Below are positions 20,869-31,274 of a DNA stretch of 64,000 bases, in pieces (within the stretch, counting starts at the first letter, position 1; every line of letters starts with the position of its first letter). The notes beneath the pieces are model-generated. The model made no database searches. It saw only the letters and a program-made list of their open reading frames with translations, and had not been told where the DNA came from. The DNA is from Pirellulales bacterium (GTDB lineage: Bacteria; Planctomycetota; Planctomycetia; Pirellulales; PALSA-1355): NCBI GenBank assembly GCA_963733035.1, contig CAVTBU010000005.1, positions 960,001 to 1,024,000 of the forward strand, in the 5' to 3' direction. A program made the translations under genes and the position numbers.

Positions 20869-21966
20869 ATGCTGGCGCGACACGTCGATCGCTGGGCTTG
20901 CGGGCTCGCCTTGCTGGTGTTGCTGACGCTGGGGTCCGGCTGCCATGCGCTGGTCAATCGGCCCGACCCCCGCCTTGTAGGCCCCCAAACGGGCGATCCG
21001 TTCGGCGGCCTGGTCCCCACCGAGAAGGACAAGACCTCGCTCCCACCCTATACCATCGAACCGCCCGACATCCTGTTCATCGAGGCCATCCGGGTGGTGC
21101 CCAAACCGCCGTATCACATTCAGGCAACCGACGTGTTGAGCATTCAGCTGCAAGGCGGCTTTCCCACACCTCCGGTCGGTGGCGGCCCGAACGCCGATCA
21201 GTACCTGGTCAGCCCCTCGGGACGCATTGATCTGGGTCCCGCCTACGGCGAGGCCGGCCGCGTGGAAGTCACCGGTCTGACCGAGGACGAGGCGGCCCGC
21301 AAGATCGAAGCCTCGCTCCGCGAGGTGGTTAAGGACCCCCAGGTCTCGGTGCAGCTCTCGCAGTCGGCCGGCATGCAACCGATCACCGGCGAGCACCTGG
21401 TGGCTCCCGACGGCACGGTTAACCTGGGCAGCTACGGCTCGGTCTACGTGGCCGGCCTGACCCTGGAAGAGGCCACCAAAGCGGTCAACGAGCACCTTTC
21501 CGAGCAGCTCGACAACCCGCAGGTCTCGATCAGCGTGTTCGCCTACAACAGCAAGGTGTACTACGTGGTGACCGAAGGGGCCGGGCTGGGCGACACGGTG
21601 GCCCGCTTCCCGGTCACCGGCAACGAAACGGTGCTCGACGCGTTGACGCAAGTCAACGGTCTGAGCCGGGTGTCGAGCAAACGGATCTGGATCGCCCGGC
21701 CGATGCCCGGCGGGGCCGGCTGCGACGCGATTCTGCCGGTCAACTGGAAAGAAATCACCGCCAGCGGCGCCACGGCCAGCAACTACCAAGTGCTGCCGGG
21801 CGATCGAATCTTCATCGCCCAGGATCCGCTGATCGCCCTGGATTCCACACTCAACCGCGTCATCGCACCCGTCGAACGTCTGTTCGGCGTCACCTTGCTC
21901 AGCACCCAAGCCATCCAAACCATCAACCGCTACCCCCTCGGATTCAACTCCGGCGTCGGCTTCTAA
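20869..21966 (+). CDS. wza: Polysaccharide export lipoprotein (Wza/Poly_export with SLBB domains)
   Basis: Lipobox LGSGC, YTIEPPDIL, V.PDG.vnLgsyG.vyVaGLT repeated twice, NYQVLPGDRIFI. Confidence 0.9.
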   Translation: MLARHVDRWACGLALLVLLTLGSGCHALVNRPDPRLVGPQTGDPFGGLVPTEKDKTSLPPYTIEPPDILFIEAIRVVPKPPYHIQATDVLSIQLQGGFPTPPVGGGPNADQYLVSPSGRIDLGPAYGEAGRVEVTGLTEDEAARKIEASLREVVKDPQVSVQLSQSAGMQPITGEHLVAPDGTVNLGSYGSVYVAGLTLEEATKAVNEHLSEQLDNPQVSISVFAYNSKVYYVVTEGAGLGDTVARFPVTGNETVLDALTQVNGLSRVSSKRIWIARPMPGGAGCDAILPVNWKEITASGATASNYQVLPGDRIFIAQDPLIALDSTLNRVIAPVERLFGVTLLSTQAIQTINRYPLGFNSGVGF

Positions 21967-22038
21967 ATTAACCCAGGGCAAAGCGGAAACGGAAGCAATC
22001 GCAAGTTGCAGAACAGAGCACCAATTCAAGGAAGTTCG

Positions 22039-23029
22039 ATGCCAGCGCATCTGAAAAACATTGGGGTATTCGCCGTCGCGGCAATGATCCTGGGACTAGT
22101 ATTGCCGGAGTCTCGTGCTCAAGTGGCGGGTCACTGTCGCAACGGGACGTGTGGTTCTCCGTTGGCAGGACCGTGCATTCCTGCAAGTCCGTATGGGTAT
22201 GTCCCGACAAGTTGGCGACGCTGGCCCACGGACCAAGTCGCTGCACCGATGTTCGGCGCCGAGGAATTGCCAACGCCGGCCGCAGAAGGAGAACAACTGC
22301 CCGCTCCGGCAACTCCCCAAACTCGCCCGCTTTCCCCGCGCGAACCAATCGCCGCACCATCGGAGCGTCCAAGAGATCAACCGTTGGCACCTCCCTTCGG
22401 CGAAGAGCCACTTACACCACCGTTTGGTGAAGAACCGTCTAGTTCGCCCTTCGGAGAGGAGCCGCAAGCACCGCCATCGGCGGCCGACCCATTGGCGGCG
22501 CCATTTGGCGATGAGCCGCCAGCGCCTCCTGAAGATAAACCGAACACGCCACCATCGACTGACGACTTATTCCCCGGCACGCCGGAGGAGAAGGCCTTCG
22601 TCGAACAGTGCGTCTCCACCGGCCTTTGACAGCACCGAACCGCCGGCCATGCCGGATGAAGATCCATTCAAGGACGACCCCGAGCCCGACGCGCAGCCAA
22701 CCCCTGAATCGGGAGCGAGGACGGGCGATGCGTATCGCGCCGCACACGAGCGTCTGGCAGAGACGCACCAAGTGCGACCGTTCCCCAACTTCGCCCCTGC
22801 CGTTGCGGTCGGTAACTTGTCGAGCAAGCCTCGCTTGTTGCGAGCGGATGGCGAAAGCATCGTGCCGACCATGTTGCCCGACCGGCGCACGGTGGAGTCG
22901 AACCCCCTGCGACAGATCAGCCACCCGGTTCAAAAGTCGGTATTCAAGGCCGAGACGGGTACCGTGTCAGCAGTAATTCCCAAACCAGAATCGGACGTTT
23001 GGCAACGCAACCCATTACGCGCCCATTAG
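22039..23029 (+). CDS. Secreted Pro/acidic-rich protein with PFGEEP repeats, frameshifted near 22594
   Basis: Signal peptide, C..G.C...C.P..PYGY.PT.WRRWP head and four PFG(E/D)EP repeats. The second frame continues PSSNSASPPAF...NPLRAH. Confidence 0.7.
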
Positions 23030-23391
23030 CTTGAAAGCGTTTGAAAGCTGAAGACTTCGTACGCAAGGCGCCACGAACCCATTGCCGATAGAAGATAAAT
23101 GGATGAGCAAAGGCAACTCAGGGCCAAAAATTCGTTCCAAGATTAGGAGTTCGTCGCAGCACCAAGACTCAGACCAGCGACGGAATCTGATCGACCGCGA
23201 GCTAACGTTTGATGCCACAGTCGTTTAGCTCACCTTGGCAGGCGAAGTGTGATTTGGTACTGTACCTCGCGCGACGACGAAACCGGGGTTCCGCGCGGGT
23301 CTTGGCTGTCGCGGACAAAAGGGATTAAGCAGAACGAGTCCACATAGCCGAGAAACTCCGGGCGTGTGCCGTTCGAAGGCAGGAGGCCGAC

Positions 23392-23913
23392 ATGAGTCCC
23401 CAGCAGCAAGAGCAGTTGCGTGTTCACATCCGTTGGATGATCCGGCGCGACATGGCTGAAGTCCTGGAAATTGAAAATCAGGGATTCGAATTCCCCTGGA
23501 GCGAAGAGGATTTCATTCGCTGTCTCCGTCAGCGAAACTGCATCGGCATGGTCGCCGAGCATGATGAACGTGTGCTTGGTTTCATGATTTACGAGTTGCA
23601 CCGTACTCGTTTGCATCTACTTAACTTTGCGGTTGCACGAGAGTATCGCCGCCGCCGCGCTGGTAGCCAGATGCTGAACAAACTGCTAGGCAAGCTCTCG
23701 GCGCAACGCCGCACGCGGATCCTGTTGGAAGTTCGTGAGACCAACCTGGCGGCGCAGCTATTCTTTCGCAGCATTGGCTTTCGCGCGGTGTCGGTCCTCA
23801 AGGACTTTTATGATGACACTACCGAGGATGCATATCAGATGCAGTATCGGTACCGGCCGGCCGAATCACAGATTGTGTTGCCGATCAATCGCATCACCAG
23901 GCTGGCCGGCTGA
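23392..23913 (+). CDS. rimI: RimI-family GNAT N-acetyltransferase
   Basis: IE...FefPW, LLNFAV..YRRR.aG, LEVRETN.AAQLFF..GF, FYDDTTEDAYQM; AGGAGG RBS. Confidence 0.9.
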   Translation: MSPQQQEQLRVHIRWMIRRDMAEVLEIENQGFEFPWSEEDFIRCLRQRNCIGMVAEHDERVLGFMIYELHRTRLHLLNFAVAREYRRRRAGSQMLNKLLGKLSAQRRTRILLEVRETNLAAQLFFRSIGFRAVSVLKDFYDDTTEDAYQMQYRYRPAESQIVLPINRITRLAG

Positions 23914-23937
23914 ATTTCCGTGGTGATCGCGCGTCAT

Positions 23938-24418
23938 CTATAGCGGAACGTGTGTCACACGCATCTCCAGCAACTCAACCACAGCCAGGCAATGTGGCTG
24001 CGCGGTAAAGCGCTCCCGGATTGAGAACCAACGTACCGGCCTCTCGGTGCTGTTCGGCTTGGTGCGTATGTCCGTAGCAGACTAGGTCATACCTTCCTGA
24101 ACCGACAACGTCACGAAAACGCTGCTGATCGTCGCTATGCACAATCGCGATCCGCCGGCCTGCTAGTTCGAGTTCACCGAACCGCCCGTGGCAGGTCTGG
24201 CCGGCCTCTTCGATTGCGCCCCGCAAGTACTCCGCGTCGAAATCAACATTGCCAAAGACGAAATGCGTCGGCCAGCGATTGAAGAGCGGGACGACTCGTG
24301 GTGAGCCGATATCACCGCAGTGAAGCACCTGTTTGACGTCGAAACTCTCCAGCATTCGAACTGCCTGTTGCGTGTAGGCTAAGTGCCCATGCGTGTCACT
24401 TACGACGCCGATGATCAT
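23938..24418 (-). CDS. YfcE-family metallophosphoesterase, frameshifted near the C-terminus at about 23993
   Basis: SDTHG, HCGD, GNVD, GHTH and NPG motifs. The alternative frame gives a typical tail, HCLAVVELLEMRVTHVPL, with stop at 23938. Confidence 0.88.
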
Positions 24419-24561
24419 GCCTCCCCCTTTGCGTTGACATTCCAGGCCGCAGCATGTCGCTCAGGCGGCGAACATTCGTGCTGCGCTCGCTTGGCATCAG
24501 CCAGCACGTTATAGTCTTTTAGCGAACGTGTCTGCCAACTCCTAGGGCGTCTGCAACAAGC

Positions 24562-25368
24562 ATGGATCGACCGACCAACATTGCGGCTGGCGTGGCGGTG
24601 GCATTGTTCTTAGTGCTTGTGGTGTGGGTCTGTCGGAGTTGGCGCCGAACGAAGTTCACGTTCTTTCAAGCCTCTCTGAGCTTTCTCAATCTCTTGCTGG
24701 CACGAATTCTCTGGCGGGCAACCATCAGCGGACCACTTCCGGTGGCCGACGGTGAGGGGGCTTTGATCGTCTGCAATCATATTAGCGGAGTCGACCCCAT
24801 GATCATCCAGTTGTGCACGGATCGAGTTGTGCACTGGATGGTAGCCCGTGAATACTATGAAATGCCCGTACTTTCGTTCGCGTTTCGGGCCGTGGACACG
24901 ATTCCCGTCAATCGAGCCGGCGTTGATACCGCGGCGACGAAGATGGCGATTCGTTTGGCGCAGCAGGGAGGCCTAGTGGGGCTGTTTCCCGAAGGGCGGG
25001 TCAACATAACCGACGAACTTCTCTTGCCGGGGCGTTCCGGCGCCGCCCTGATCGCACTGCGAGCCCGCGTGAAAGTCGTACCTTGCTTTGTAAGCGGTGT
25101 ACCGTACGACGGAACCGCCTTGGGAAGCCTGTGGATGGCGGGCAGGGCCCACGTCACGGTTGGAGAGCCGATCGATCTTTCCGGGTACTTTGGGCGAGAA
25201 GGGGATAAGGCCGTCTTACAGGACCTGACAAAACGGTTCCTCTCGGAAATCGCAAACCTTGCCGGCGATCGCGACTTTCAGCCACAACTTGCCGGTCGAA
25301 ATTGGAGAACCGGCAACGATAACGAATCGCCGTCTCTGGCCGCCAACGACGACGCCGCCAATGGCTAG
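24562..25368 (+). CDS. plsC: 1-acyl-sn-glycerol-3-phosphate acyltransferase family
   Basis: NHISGVD (HX4D) and FPEGR motifs. Confidence 0.88.
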   Translation: MDRPTNIAAGVAVALFLVLVVWVCRSWRRTKFTFFQASLSFLNLLLARILWRATISGPLPVADGEGALIVCNHISGVDPMIIQLCTDRVVHWMVAREYYEMPVLSFAFRAVDTIPVNRAGVDTAATKMAIRLAQQGGLVGLFPEGRVNITDELLLPGRSGAALIALRARVKVVPCFVSGVPYDGTALGSLWMAGRAHVTVGEPIDLSGYFGREGDKAVLQDLTKRFLSEIANLAGDRDFQPQLAGRNWRTGNDNESPSLAANDDAANG

Positions 25369-25663
25369 TGGCAAACTGCGATATCAACTTGGCACGGCTA
25401 GGACGCTGGGCTTTTCGGGGTAGCTTCTGCTTCGCCGCCAAACCCAACGAGCGTGCCGAGGCGTCGCTGGAGTAATATGGATTTTGCCGACCCCTGCATT
25501 TTTGGAGAAAAATCCGGAAAGACAATTGACATCATCAAAATCCAGAGGGTTAAATAACCGGTTGAAAGTGGGAGCAAACCCCGAGCGCCGCGCGGAGGAC
25601 CCACGTTTCAGATGTCACGTGCACTCGCCGCCAACCGCAACATTGGTACAGGGACCCATCTCC

Positions 25664-28600
25664 ATGAACCGAGACTCGTTTTTCGACCGGCTCGTAGCCC
25701 CCGGCCATCTAATCAGGCCGTCGTCCTCATTGGATCGCCGCGACAGAAAACTGGTGGGACTTGAGGTCTTGGAAGACCGCAAGATGCTGGTCTTTTCAGT
25801 CTATGTCAACGATAACTGGGTTAATCTGGATAATCCCGGCCAGCCTGTTCAGATCGGCGACTATGTGCAAAGTCAAGTCGACGACAACATCGCCGTAATT
25901 GCTGAGTACGGCTTCGACGCCTTTGGAACGGTTGAAGGCACGAGCCAGCCGGGAGCGGCAACGATTCACGACGCAATTGCCAACACTTCCAACACGGGAA
26001 CTCTTACGATTCTTTCGGGTACCTACCAGGAGTCGGACATCGTCGTCGACAAGCCCATCCATGTTGAGGGTTCGACGGGGGTGAACCCCACGTTGATCGT
26101 TCCCGAGGCGGTTTCAAGCCACGCAAATGCCGAGGATTTTGGCGTCGGCACACACTCGGGCATCATCATTTATTCGCCCAGCGTAACCATCGAGAATTTA
26201 ACGGTCGATGGCAATGGCAATGGCTCCCTGGCGGGCACGCTCAACTACCATCAGGGTATCACGACGCTCTACACACAACAGAACGGAAGTGACTACAGCA
26301 CGCTTCACAACGGGACTCTGGCGCCCAGCAACATGGGCGGTGACGATGCAACGACGTACATCACGATACATAACGTGACGGTTACCAATACCTGGTGGCA
26401 CGGTATCACGCTGTCGGGCCTGAGCGGTACGAATATTCGTACCAATAGAATTAGTAATGTGACGGTCAGCAACGTCGGCGAAGTTGGTTCCCGCGATTTG
26501 AATCGCATCGGGATTTTGCTGCAGAATCATGACGGCGGTGATGTACGCGATAGTTCTGTATCAGACGTCGGCGTGGGGATTGAGACGGGAGTGCTTGGTC
26601 CTGCCTCATTCGGCGATAACAGCCTTTCGCGAAACCGAACTGGCATCCTGCGCAACACTGTAACCGACGCGGTTCAAAGGGCTTACTCGGTCACGAACGC
26701 TGACGGCCAAATCGATCTTTCGTTCATTCTGTCGTCGGATGCCCAGTTCACCGGCTTCGACGCGAACAAAGCCATCTATACCAGCCCGGCCAACAGCGGT
26801 ACGGGCCTCTATCTCAATCACAGCCAACCGGTGGTGATCGGGTATGAGTCGATCAATGCGAAGATCGGTGCCCTGATCGAGAATACGACCGTGGACAATC
26901 TCTTGTTGCCGATCTTTGCCGGCACGACGATTACGGGTCCCGGCGTTGGTGTCAGTGGATCTGTCGGCATTTTGGCGGATAACGCGGGAGATCCAACGCA
27001 CGCAGTCAATTTTGGGATTGGGGGCACAACAACGATTAGCGGTTTCGAAACTGGAATCCGCATCAACCAAACGACGCCGGTGGCCGAACAAAACCTGGTG
27101 CAGATCGACCGGCCAACACTTACCGGCAATGGCATCGCAATCAGTGTTGGCAACAACAGCGTATTTCAAGGGAACGCCAAGACTGGCGATTCGGTGGTGA
27201 CAACAGGCACGGGCAGCCTCCAGCCTGGTTTCCCAAACAGCTTCTTTATCGTCGACGGCCCAGGCGCTCCGCCCTCGTATGTCGGGCCATTTTCGGACGT
27301 TATGGATACCGGAGACGTTAACCTCAATAGTTCCGGCACCTTCGATGCCCGACTTACTGGTCAGTCTGGCAGCACGACGCTGTTTTCTTTCGACGAAGAG
27401 GTAGGCGACTTCCCCTTCGGCGTTATTCCACCGGTCCCGGACAACGGCACTACCACAGAACCCAACGGTAGTAGCTTCCCCTCCGGGCAGGTCAATCAGA
27501 GCGGCGGGCAATTGAAAATCGCCAACGGTGCCCTCAATGGCCCTCTAAACGTCGCCTACAACACGCTAAACCACGAGGATCCCAACAACCCGGGTACGTA
27601 TATTCTGGACCCCGTAGATATTAGCGACTACTCGCACCTGGACATCAAGGTCAAGTTGGGGGCAGGAAATCAAGCCAAGGCCTTCATCTTTGGTCTGGCC
27701 GACACCGAGGGTCAGATCGCGTTGTTCACCTTTTCGACCGAGGGTATGAGTTCGACGACCTATTCAACTCTGACACTGAATCTGGCCGCCCCGGGGATCC
27801 CTTTTTCGCTCGGACCAAGCGGCAATTTTGATCTCACGAAGGTCATGGGTTACGCCGTCCTTGGCGACGAAGGCTTAATCAATGGCGCTTCGAATGTCCC
27901 ATTCAGCTTGACGTTCGACGAAGTCGTCGCCAAGGGCGTCGTCAATTCAGAACTAAACGTCACCGGCACTGTCAGTCTTGGCGGAGCGAATCTGAACGTA
28001 AGTGCCGGTCCGGCTCTCACGCCCACGGTGGGCCAGCAGTGGACCATCATCAACAACGATGGGGCCGATGCCGTCTCCGGTACGTTCTCCAGCGTTACGT
28101 CTGGCTATTCGGTGTCCTACACCGCGGGCGACGGGAACGACGTGGTGCTGACGTACACCGGCACTTCTGTGACACCCATGACTGTCGTGGGTCAGCAGAT
28201 CTTCTACAACAATTCGAGCTACGACGCCAACACGCCCGCCATCAGCGCCTCGGACGACGCGGCGATCGCCACGGACAAGGCGGCCTTCAACGGCGTGGGA
28301 ACCGCGCCAACCACGGCGTTTACCAGCTACAGCAAGGGTATCAATGGCATCATGATCGATGTCACCAATGAGCCCGGCAATTTGTCGCTGTCCGACTTCA
28401 CCTTCAAGGTCGGCACCAACAACATGCCCAACCTCTGGGCGAACGCTCCGGCTCCGACCGGTTTTTCGATCCGGCCGGGCGCGGGTGCCGGTGGTTCGGA
28501 CCGGGTGGAAATCATCTGGGCCGATAGCGCCGTTGCCAACGAGTGGCTGCAGGTGGTGGTCCGAGGAAACGACACGGTCGGTGGCAACTGGACCAATACG

Positions 28601-29143
28601 GGGTTGACCACCAGCGACGTGTTCTTCTACGGCAACCGCATCGGCGACAACTTCACCGGCGAGCCGCCAACGCTGGTCACCACCAACGCAGGCGACGAGA
28701 TTTACGCTCGTAACAACACGGGCTTCTTATTGCCGGTCACCAACATCACGGACTTCAACAAGGACAAGTTCGTGAACGCGGCCGACCAGATTGTCGCCCG
28801 CAACAACGGTGGCTTTTTGACCCGCGTGATCAACTGGGTTCCACCGGCCGCTCCCGTAGCGTCGCCGTCGGTGGCCACCAGCAGCAGCGATGGGACTGGT
28901 TCGGCCGTGGCTTCGGCCCTGGCTATTCATGCCACGCCCAGCCTGCCGAACGTACCGGGCTGGATCGCCTCGCGACTGGCCAGCGTGGACCTGAACAGCG
29001 GCCCGATCGCCACGGTGTTCACGCACCTGGCCGCGGCCGACACGCCTCGCACCCGGCAGCTTTTGCAGGCGGTCGATCAACTGGCCGATGATCTCGGTCT
29101 CGACGATTCCTTGCTGGATTCGCTGATCGGTGATTTAAGTTAA
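25664..29143 (+). CDS. Large planctomycete surface/secreted protein: extracellular signal motif, beta-helix passenger, dockerin-like C-terminal module
   Basis: RRDRKLVGLEVLEDRKML (Planc_extracel-like), TI.dAI...GTY.E beta-helix start, GDGNDVVL repeat, EF-hand-like DFNKDKFVNAADQ. Confidence 0.88.
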   Translation: MNRDSFFDRLVAPGHLIRPSSSLDRRDRKLVGLEVLEDRKMLVFSVYVNDNWVNLDNPGQPVQIGDYVQSQVDDNIAVIAEYGFDAFGTVEGTSQPGAATIHDAIANTSNTGTLTILSGTYQESDIVVDKPIHVEGSTGVNPTLIVPEAVSSHANAEDFGVGTHSGIIIYSPSVTIENLTVDGNGNGSLAGTLNYHQGITTLYTQQNGSDYSTLHNGTLAPSNMGGDDATTYITIHNVTVTNTWWHGITLSGLSGTNIRTNRISNVTVSNVGEVGSRDLNRIGILLQNHDGGDVRDSSVSDVGVGIETGVLGPASFGDNSLSRNRTGILRNTVTDAVQRAYSVTNADGQIDLSFILSSDAQFTGFDANKAIYTSPANSGTGLYLNHSQPVVIGYESINAKIGALIENTTVDNLLLPIFAGTTITGPGVGVSGSVGILADNAGDPTHAVNFGIGGTTTISGFETGIRINQTTPVAEQNLVQIDRPTLTGNGIAISVGNNSVFQGNAKTGDSVVTTGTGSLQPGFPNSFFIVDGPGAPPSYVGPFSDVMDTGDVNLNSSGTFDARLTGQSGSTTLFSFDEEVGDFPFGVIPPVPDNGTTTEPNGSSFPSGQVNQSGGQLKIANGALNGPLNVAYNTLNHEDPNNPGTYILDPVDISDYSHLDIKVKLGAGNQAKAFIFGLADTEGQIALFTFSTEGMSSTTYSTLTLNLAAPGIPFSLGPSGNFDLTKVMGYAVLGDEGLINGASNVPFSLTFDEVVAKGVVNSELNVTGTVSLGGANLNVSAGPALTPTVGQQWTIINNDGADAVSGTFSSVTSGYSVSYTAGDGNDVVLTYTGTSVTPMTVVGQQIFYNNSSYDANTPAISASDDAAIATDKAAFNGVGTAPTTAFTSYSKGINGIMIDVTNEPGNLSLSDFTFKVGTNNMPNLWANAPAPTGFSIRPGAGAGGSDRVEIIWADSAVANEWLQVVVRGNDTVGGNWTNTGLTTSDVFFYGNRIGDNFTGEPPTLVTTNAGDEIYARNNTGFLLPVTNITDFNKDKFVNAADQIVARNNGGFLTRVINWVPPAAPVASPSVATSSSDGTGSAVASALAIHATPSLPNVPGWIASRLASVDLNSGPIATVFTHLAAADTPRTRQLLQAVDQLADDLGLDDSLLDSLIGDLS

Positions 29144-29155
29144 CGTATTCCAACT

Positions 29156-29192
29156 TCGAGCGGCCGGTAGACGTGTTCCGCCGGCCGCTCGA
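29156..29192. terminator. Stem-loop between convergent genes
   Basis: TCGAGCGGCCGG...CCGGCCGCTCGA, a 12-bp perfect stem 13 bp after the stop of the large protein; no U-tract. Confidence 0.6.
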
Positions 29193-29264
29193 GGACTTGG
29201 TCAAAGTTACATTCTTGGCGAGTAACGTGCGCCGACAGATACTGAGCAGACAGTTGACTTGCCC

Positions 29265-30440
29265 TTAGCCAGCTTGGCAAAGGGCACGCAAGAGCGTTGC
29301 ACGGTCGCGAAGCGCTTCCAGCACGGCCCTCGAATTACTGCCTACCGCGAACACAGTTGCAATGGGCCAGCCGCACTCGACGGTCATTTGGCCGCGTGGA
29401 ATATCAGCGAGAGTCGGCCATCCATCACATTCGACCGCTTCAAAGCAAGTAGACCAACTCTCTGCCAGCTCAAGCCGCCGTGGAGCAAACAGGACTGCCT
29501 TGCCGCAGAATTTGACTTCCGGTCGGTCGCTCAGGTTTGGCAATGCACCCTCTCGGCAGGCAGCAATATGTAGGGCAATTCCAGGCAGGTCGAAAGACCG
29601 CTCTAGAATCTCCACGGATGCTGTATAGCGAGGATTGACCTCCACTACCCAGACACCCCTTGCATTGATGATCGCGTCGACGCCAAACAATCCGCGGAGA
29701 CTGAACTCCGCGGTTAACGATTGGCCGATCCTGAGAAATTGCTCAGTCACCAAGGGGCCAAGCTGCACTGGGCCGAGCGATCCACAATAGCGAAAGCTGC
29801 TAGCGCCCGCCCAACGGCAACCAATGAGCTGCTCGGTAACGCCCAGGAGAATCGCACTTCGCCCATCCGCAACGTAGACACCGCTATGGGGAGTCCCCGG
29901 AATATACTCCTGGAAATAGCACGCGCGCCGTGACGCGTGGCGGCCGCCTCGCCATCGCTGAATGCCAATGCCGCCAGCGGAGCGTATGGGCTTGCTCAAC
30001 CACGAGCCGTCCGGCGGGATGCCGGTCGAATCGCGGGTAAAGCTCGGAAAGCGGAGACCATGCCGCGTTAGGGTGCTTAGTAAACGATGCGGGTCGCGAA
30101 CAGCCCGCAAGACGGCACCGTCATTTCCCAGCAAAGGTCGACGACACGCCCAGTCGTCGACCAGGCGAGGATGGTTTTCCAAGGCTCCTGTGTATAGCCA
30201 ACTACCTGATTGCACGCCGTCAATTACCCGGCCAAGCCCAGCCGGATAGTCAACGACTTGAGTGACATCGGCCACACGGCAGAGATCGGCGTCGGCAAAT
30301 AAGTCGCCGGCGTGTACGAGAAAGCCCGAGCGCGCGGCGGAATATGCCGCGGCTCGAGCACTGCTACCAACGATGGTCAATTCCGGCTGCACGCCGGCAT
30401 TGTTCTCGTTCAAGCGGACTAGTGCAAGAATTGCTGGCAC
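29265..30440 (-). CDS. ATP-grasp protein of the C1-transfer (H4MPT/methanofuran) gene set, orf9/COG2232-like
   Basis: IVGSSARAAAYSA..G, DLFADADL, KP..SaGG.GI, GlfGVD and VEVNPRYTAS; near fae and mtdC. Confidence 0.75.
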   Translation of the reverse strand: MPAILALVRLNENNAGVQPELTIVGSSARAAAYSAARSGFLVHAGDLFADADLCRVADVTQVVDYPAGLGRVIDGVQSGSWLYTGALENHPRLVDDWACRRPLLGNDGAVLRAVRDPHRLLSTLTRHGLRFPSFTRDSTGIPPDGSWLSKPIRSAGGIGIQRWRGGRHASRRACYFQEYIPGTPHSGVYVADGRSAILLGVTEQLIGCRWAGASSFRYCGSLGPVQLGPLVTEQFLRIGQSLTAEFSLRGLFGVDAIINARGVWVVEVNPRYTASVEILERSFDLPGIALHIAACREGALPNLSDRPEVKFCGKAVLFAPRRLELAESWSTCFEAVECDGWPTLADIPRGQMTVECGWPIATVFAVGSNSRAVLEALRDRATLLRALCQAG

Positions 30441-30838
30441 CAGTAGATGGTGCCTCCAGGCGTCGTAAACGCTGCCACGCCGATCCGAGTATGTCCAGGG
30501 TTAAGGATGTTCGCCCGGTGCCCGGAAGAGTTCATCCAGGCGTTAATTACTTCGCCGCTAGAACGCTGCCCCATTGCGATGTTTTCCGCGACTGCCTGGT
30601 TCGTGTGAACCATCGAGCGGTTGTTGGTCATCCAGGCCGCGTGGCGCCGTGCTGATTGGATCAGCCGCCGATCGACAGCGAGCGGACGTAGCCCGTGTCG
30701 AATCCGTTGGGCATTGGTCTTCTCGATGACTCTTGCCTCAATGGCGTGCAATTCGGGAGGGGTAGCTGTTGACTCAGCCGCCGGGGGATTCATGGCCGCA
30801 GTCACTCCGGCGCAGAGTACGATCAGGCTTCCAAGCAT
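30419..30838 (-). CDS. CAP/SCP domain secreted protein
   Basis: N..R...GL.PL, ENIA.GQ and WMNSSGHRANIL; AGGAG RBS before ATG 30838. Confidence 0.92.
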   Translation of the reverse strand: MLGSLIVLCAGVTAAMNPPAAESTATPPELHAIEARVIEKTNAQRIRHGLRPLAVDRRLIQSARRHAAWMTNNRSMVHTNQAVAENIAMGQRSSGEVINAWMNSSGHRANILNPGHTRIGVAAFTTPGGTIYWCQQFLH

Positions 30839-31084
30839 GTCTGTGCAATCTCCTGTTGCATAATCCAAGTAGAACCAAGTTGCTCCGCGTTCCGCGTCGG
30901 AGAACAACTGGCATGCGTCGATTTCGAAAGAGAGCCCCTTGACGGCTCGGCTACTCTGCCGAAGTACCGCTCAGGCGAAACCGAGCACATAGGTAAGGCC
31001 TGCTAGCATAGCGCGGCCTGCAGCCCATCACAACCCTCCTAACCGAGAAACTTCGCGCAATTTATCCAGTCCTGATGGGGGTGC

Positions 31085-31112
31085 TTGAAAAGCGCGGTTG
31101 GTTTGCTATCGT
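31085..31112 (+). promoter_or_regulatory. Candidate sigma70 promoter for fae
   Basis: TTGAAA-N16-TATCGT with an extended TG element, about 160 nt upstream of fae. Confidence 0.35.
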
Positions 31113-31274
31113 TGTGAGCTTCGGTCGGTATTTAAGCCACCACGCGGCTTGCGGAACGTGTTTTGTGTGGCACGCCCGCCGAAGAGTATTGCGTTGAGCT
31201 ACCAGTCGAGGCGAGCTGCCTAACTTCAGGCGCAGACCTCTCGTGCAATTTAGCTAGAGATGGAGAGATGAATC

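Noticed and set aside
20698..22050. 450-aa minus-strand ORF
   Set aside because: Antisense shadow of the high-GC3 wza gene; no recognisable motifs.
31168..31185. TGGCACG as a sigma54 promoter for fae
   Set aside because: No GC at the -12 position (reads GG-N10-GA).
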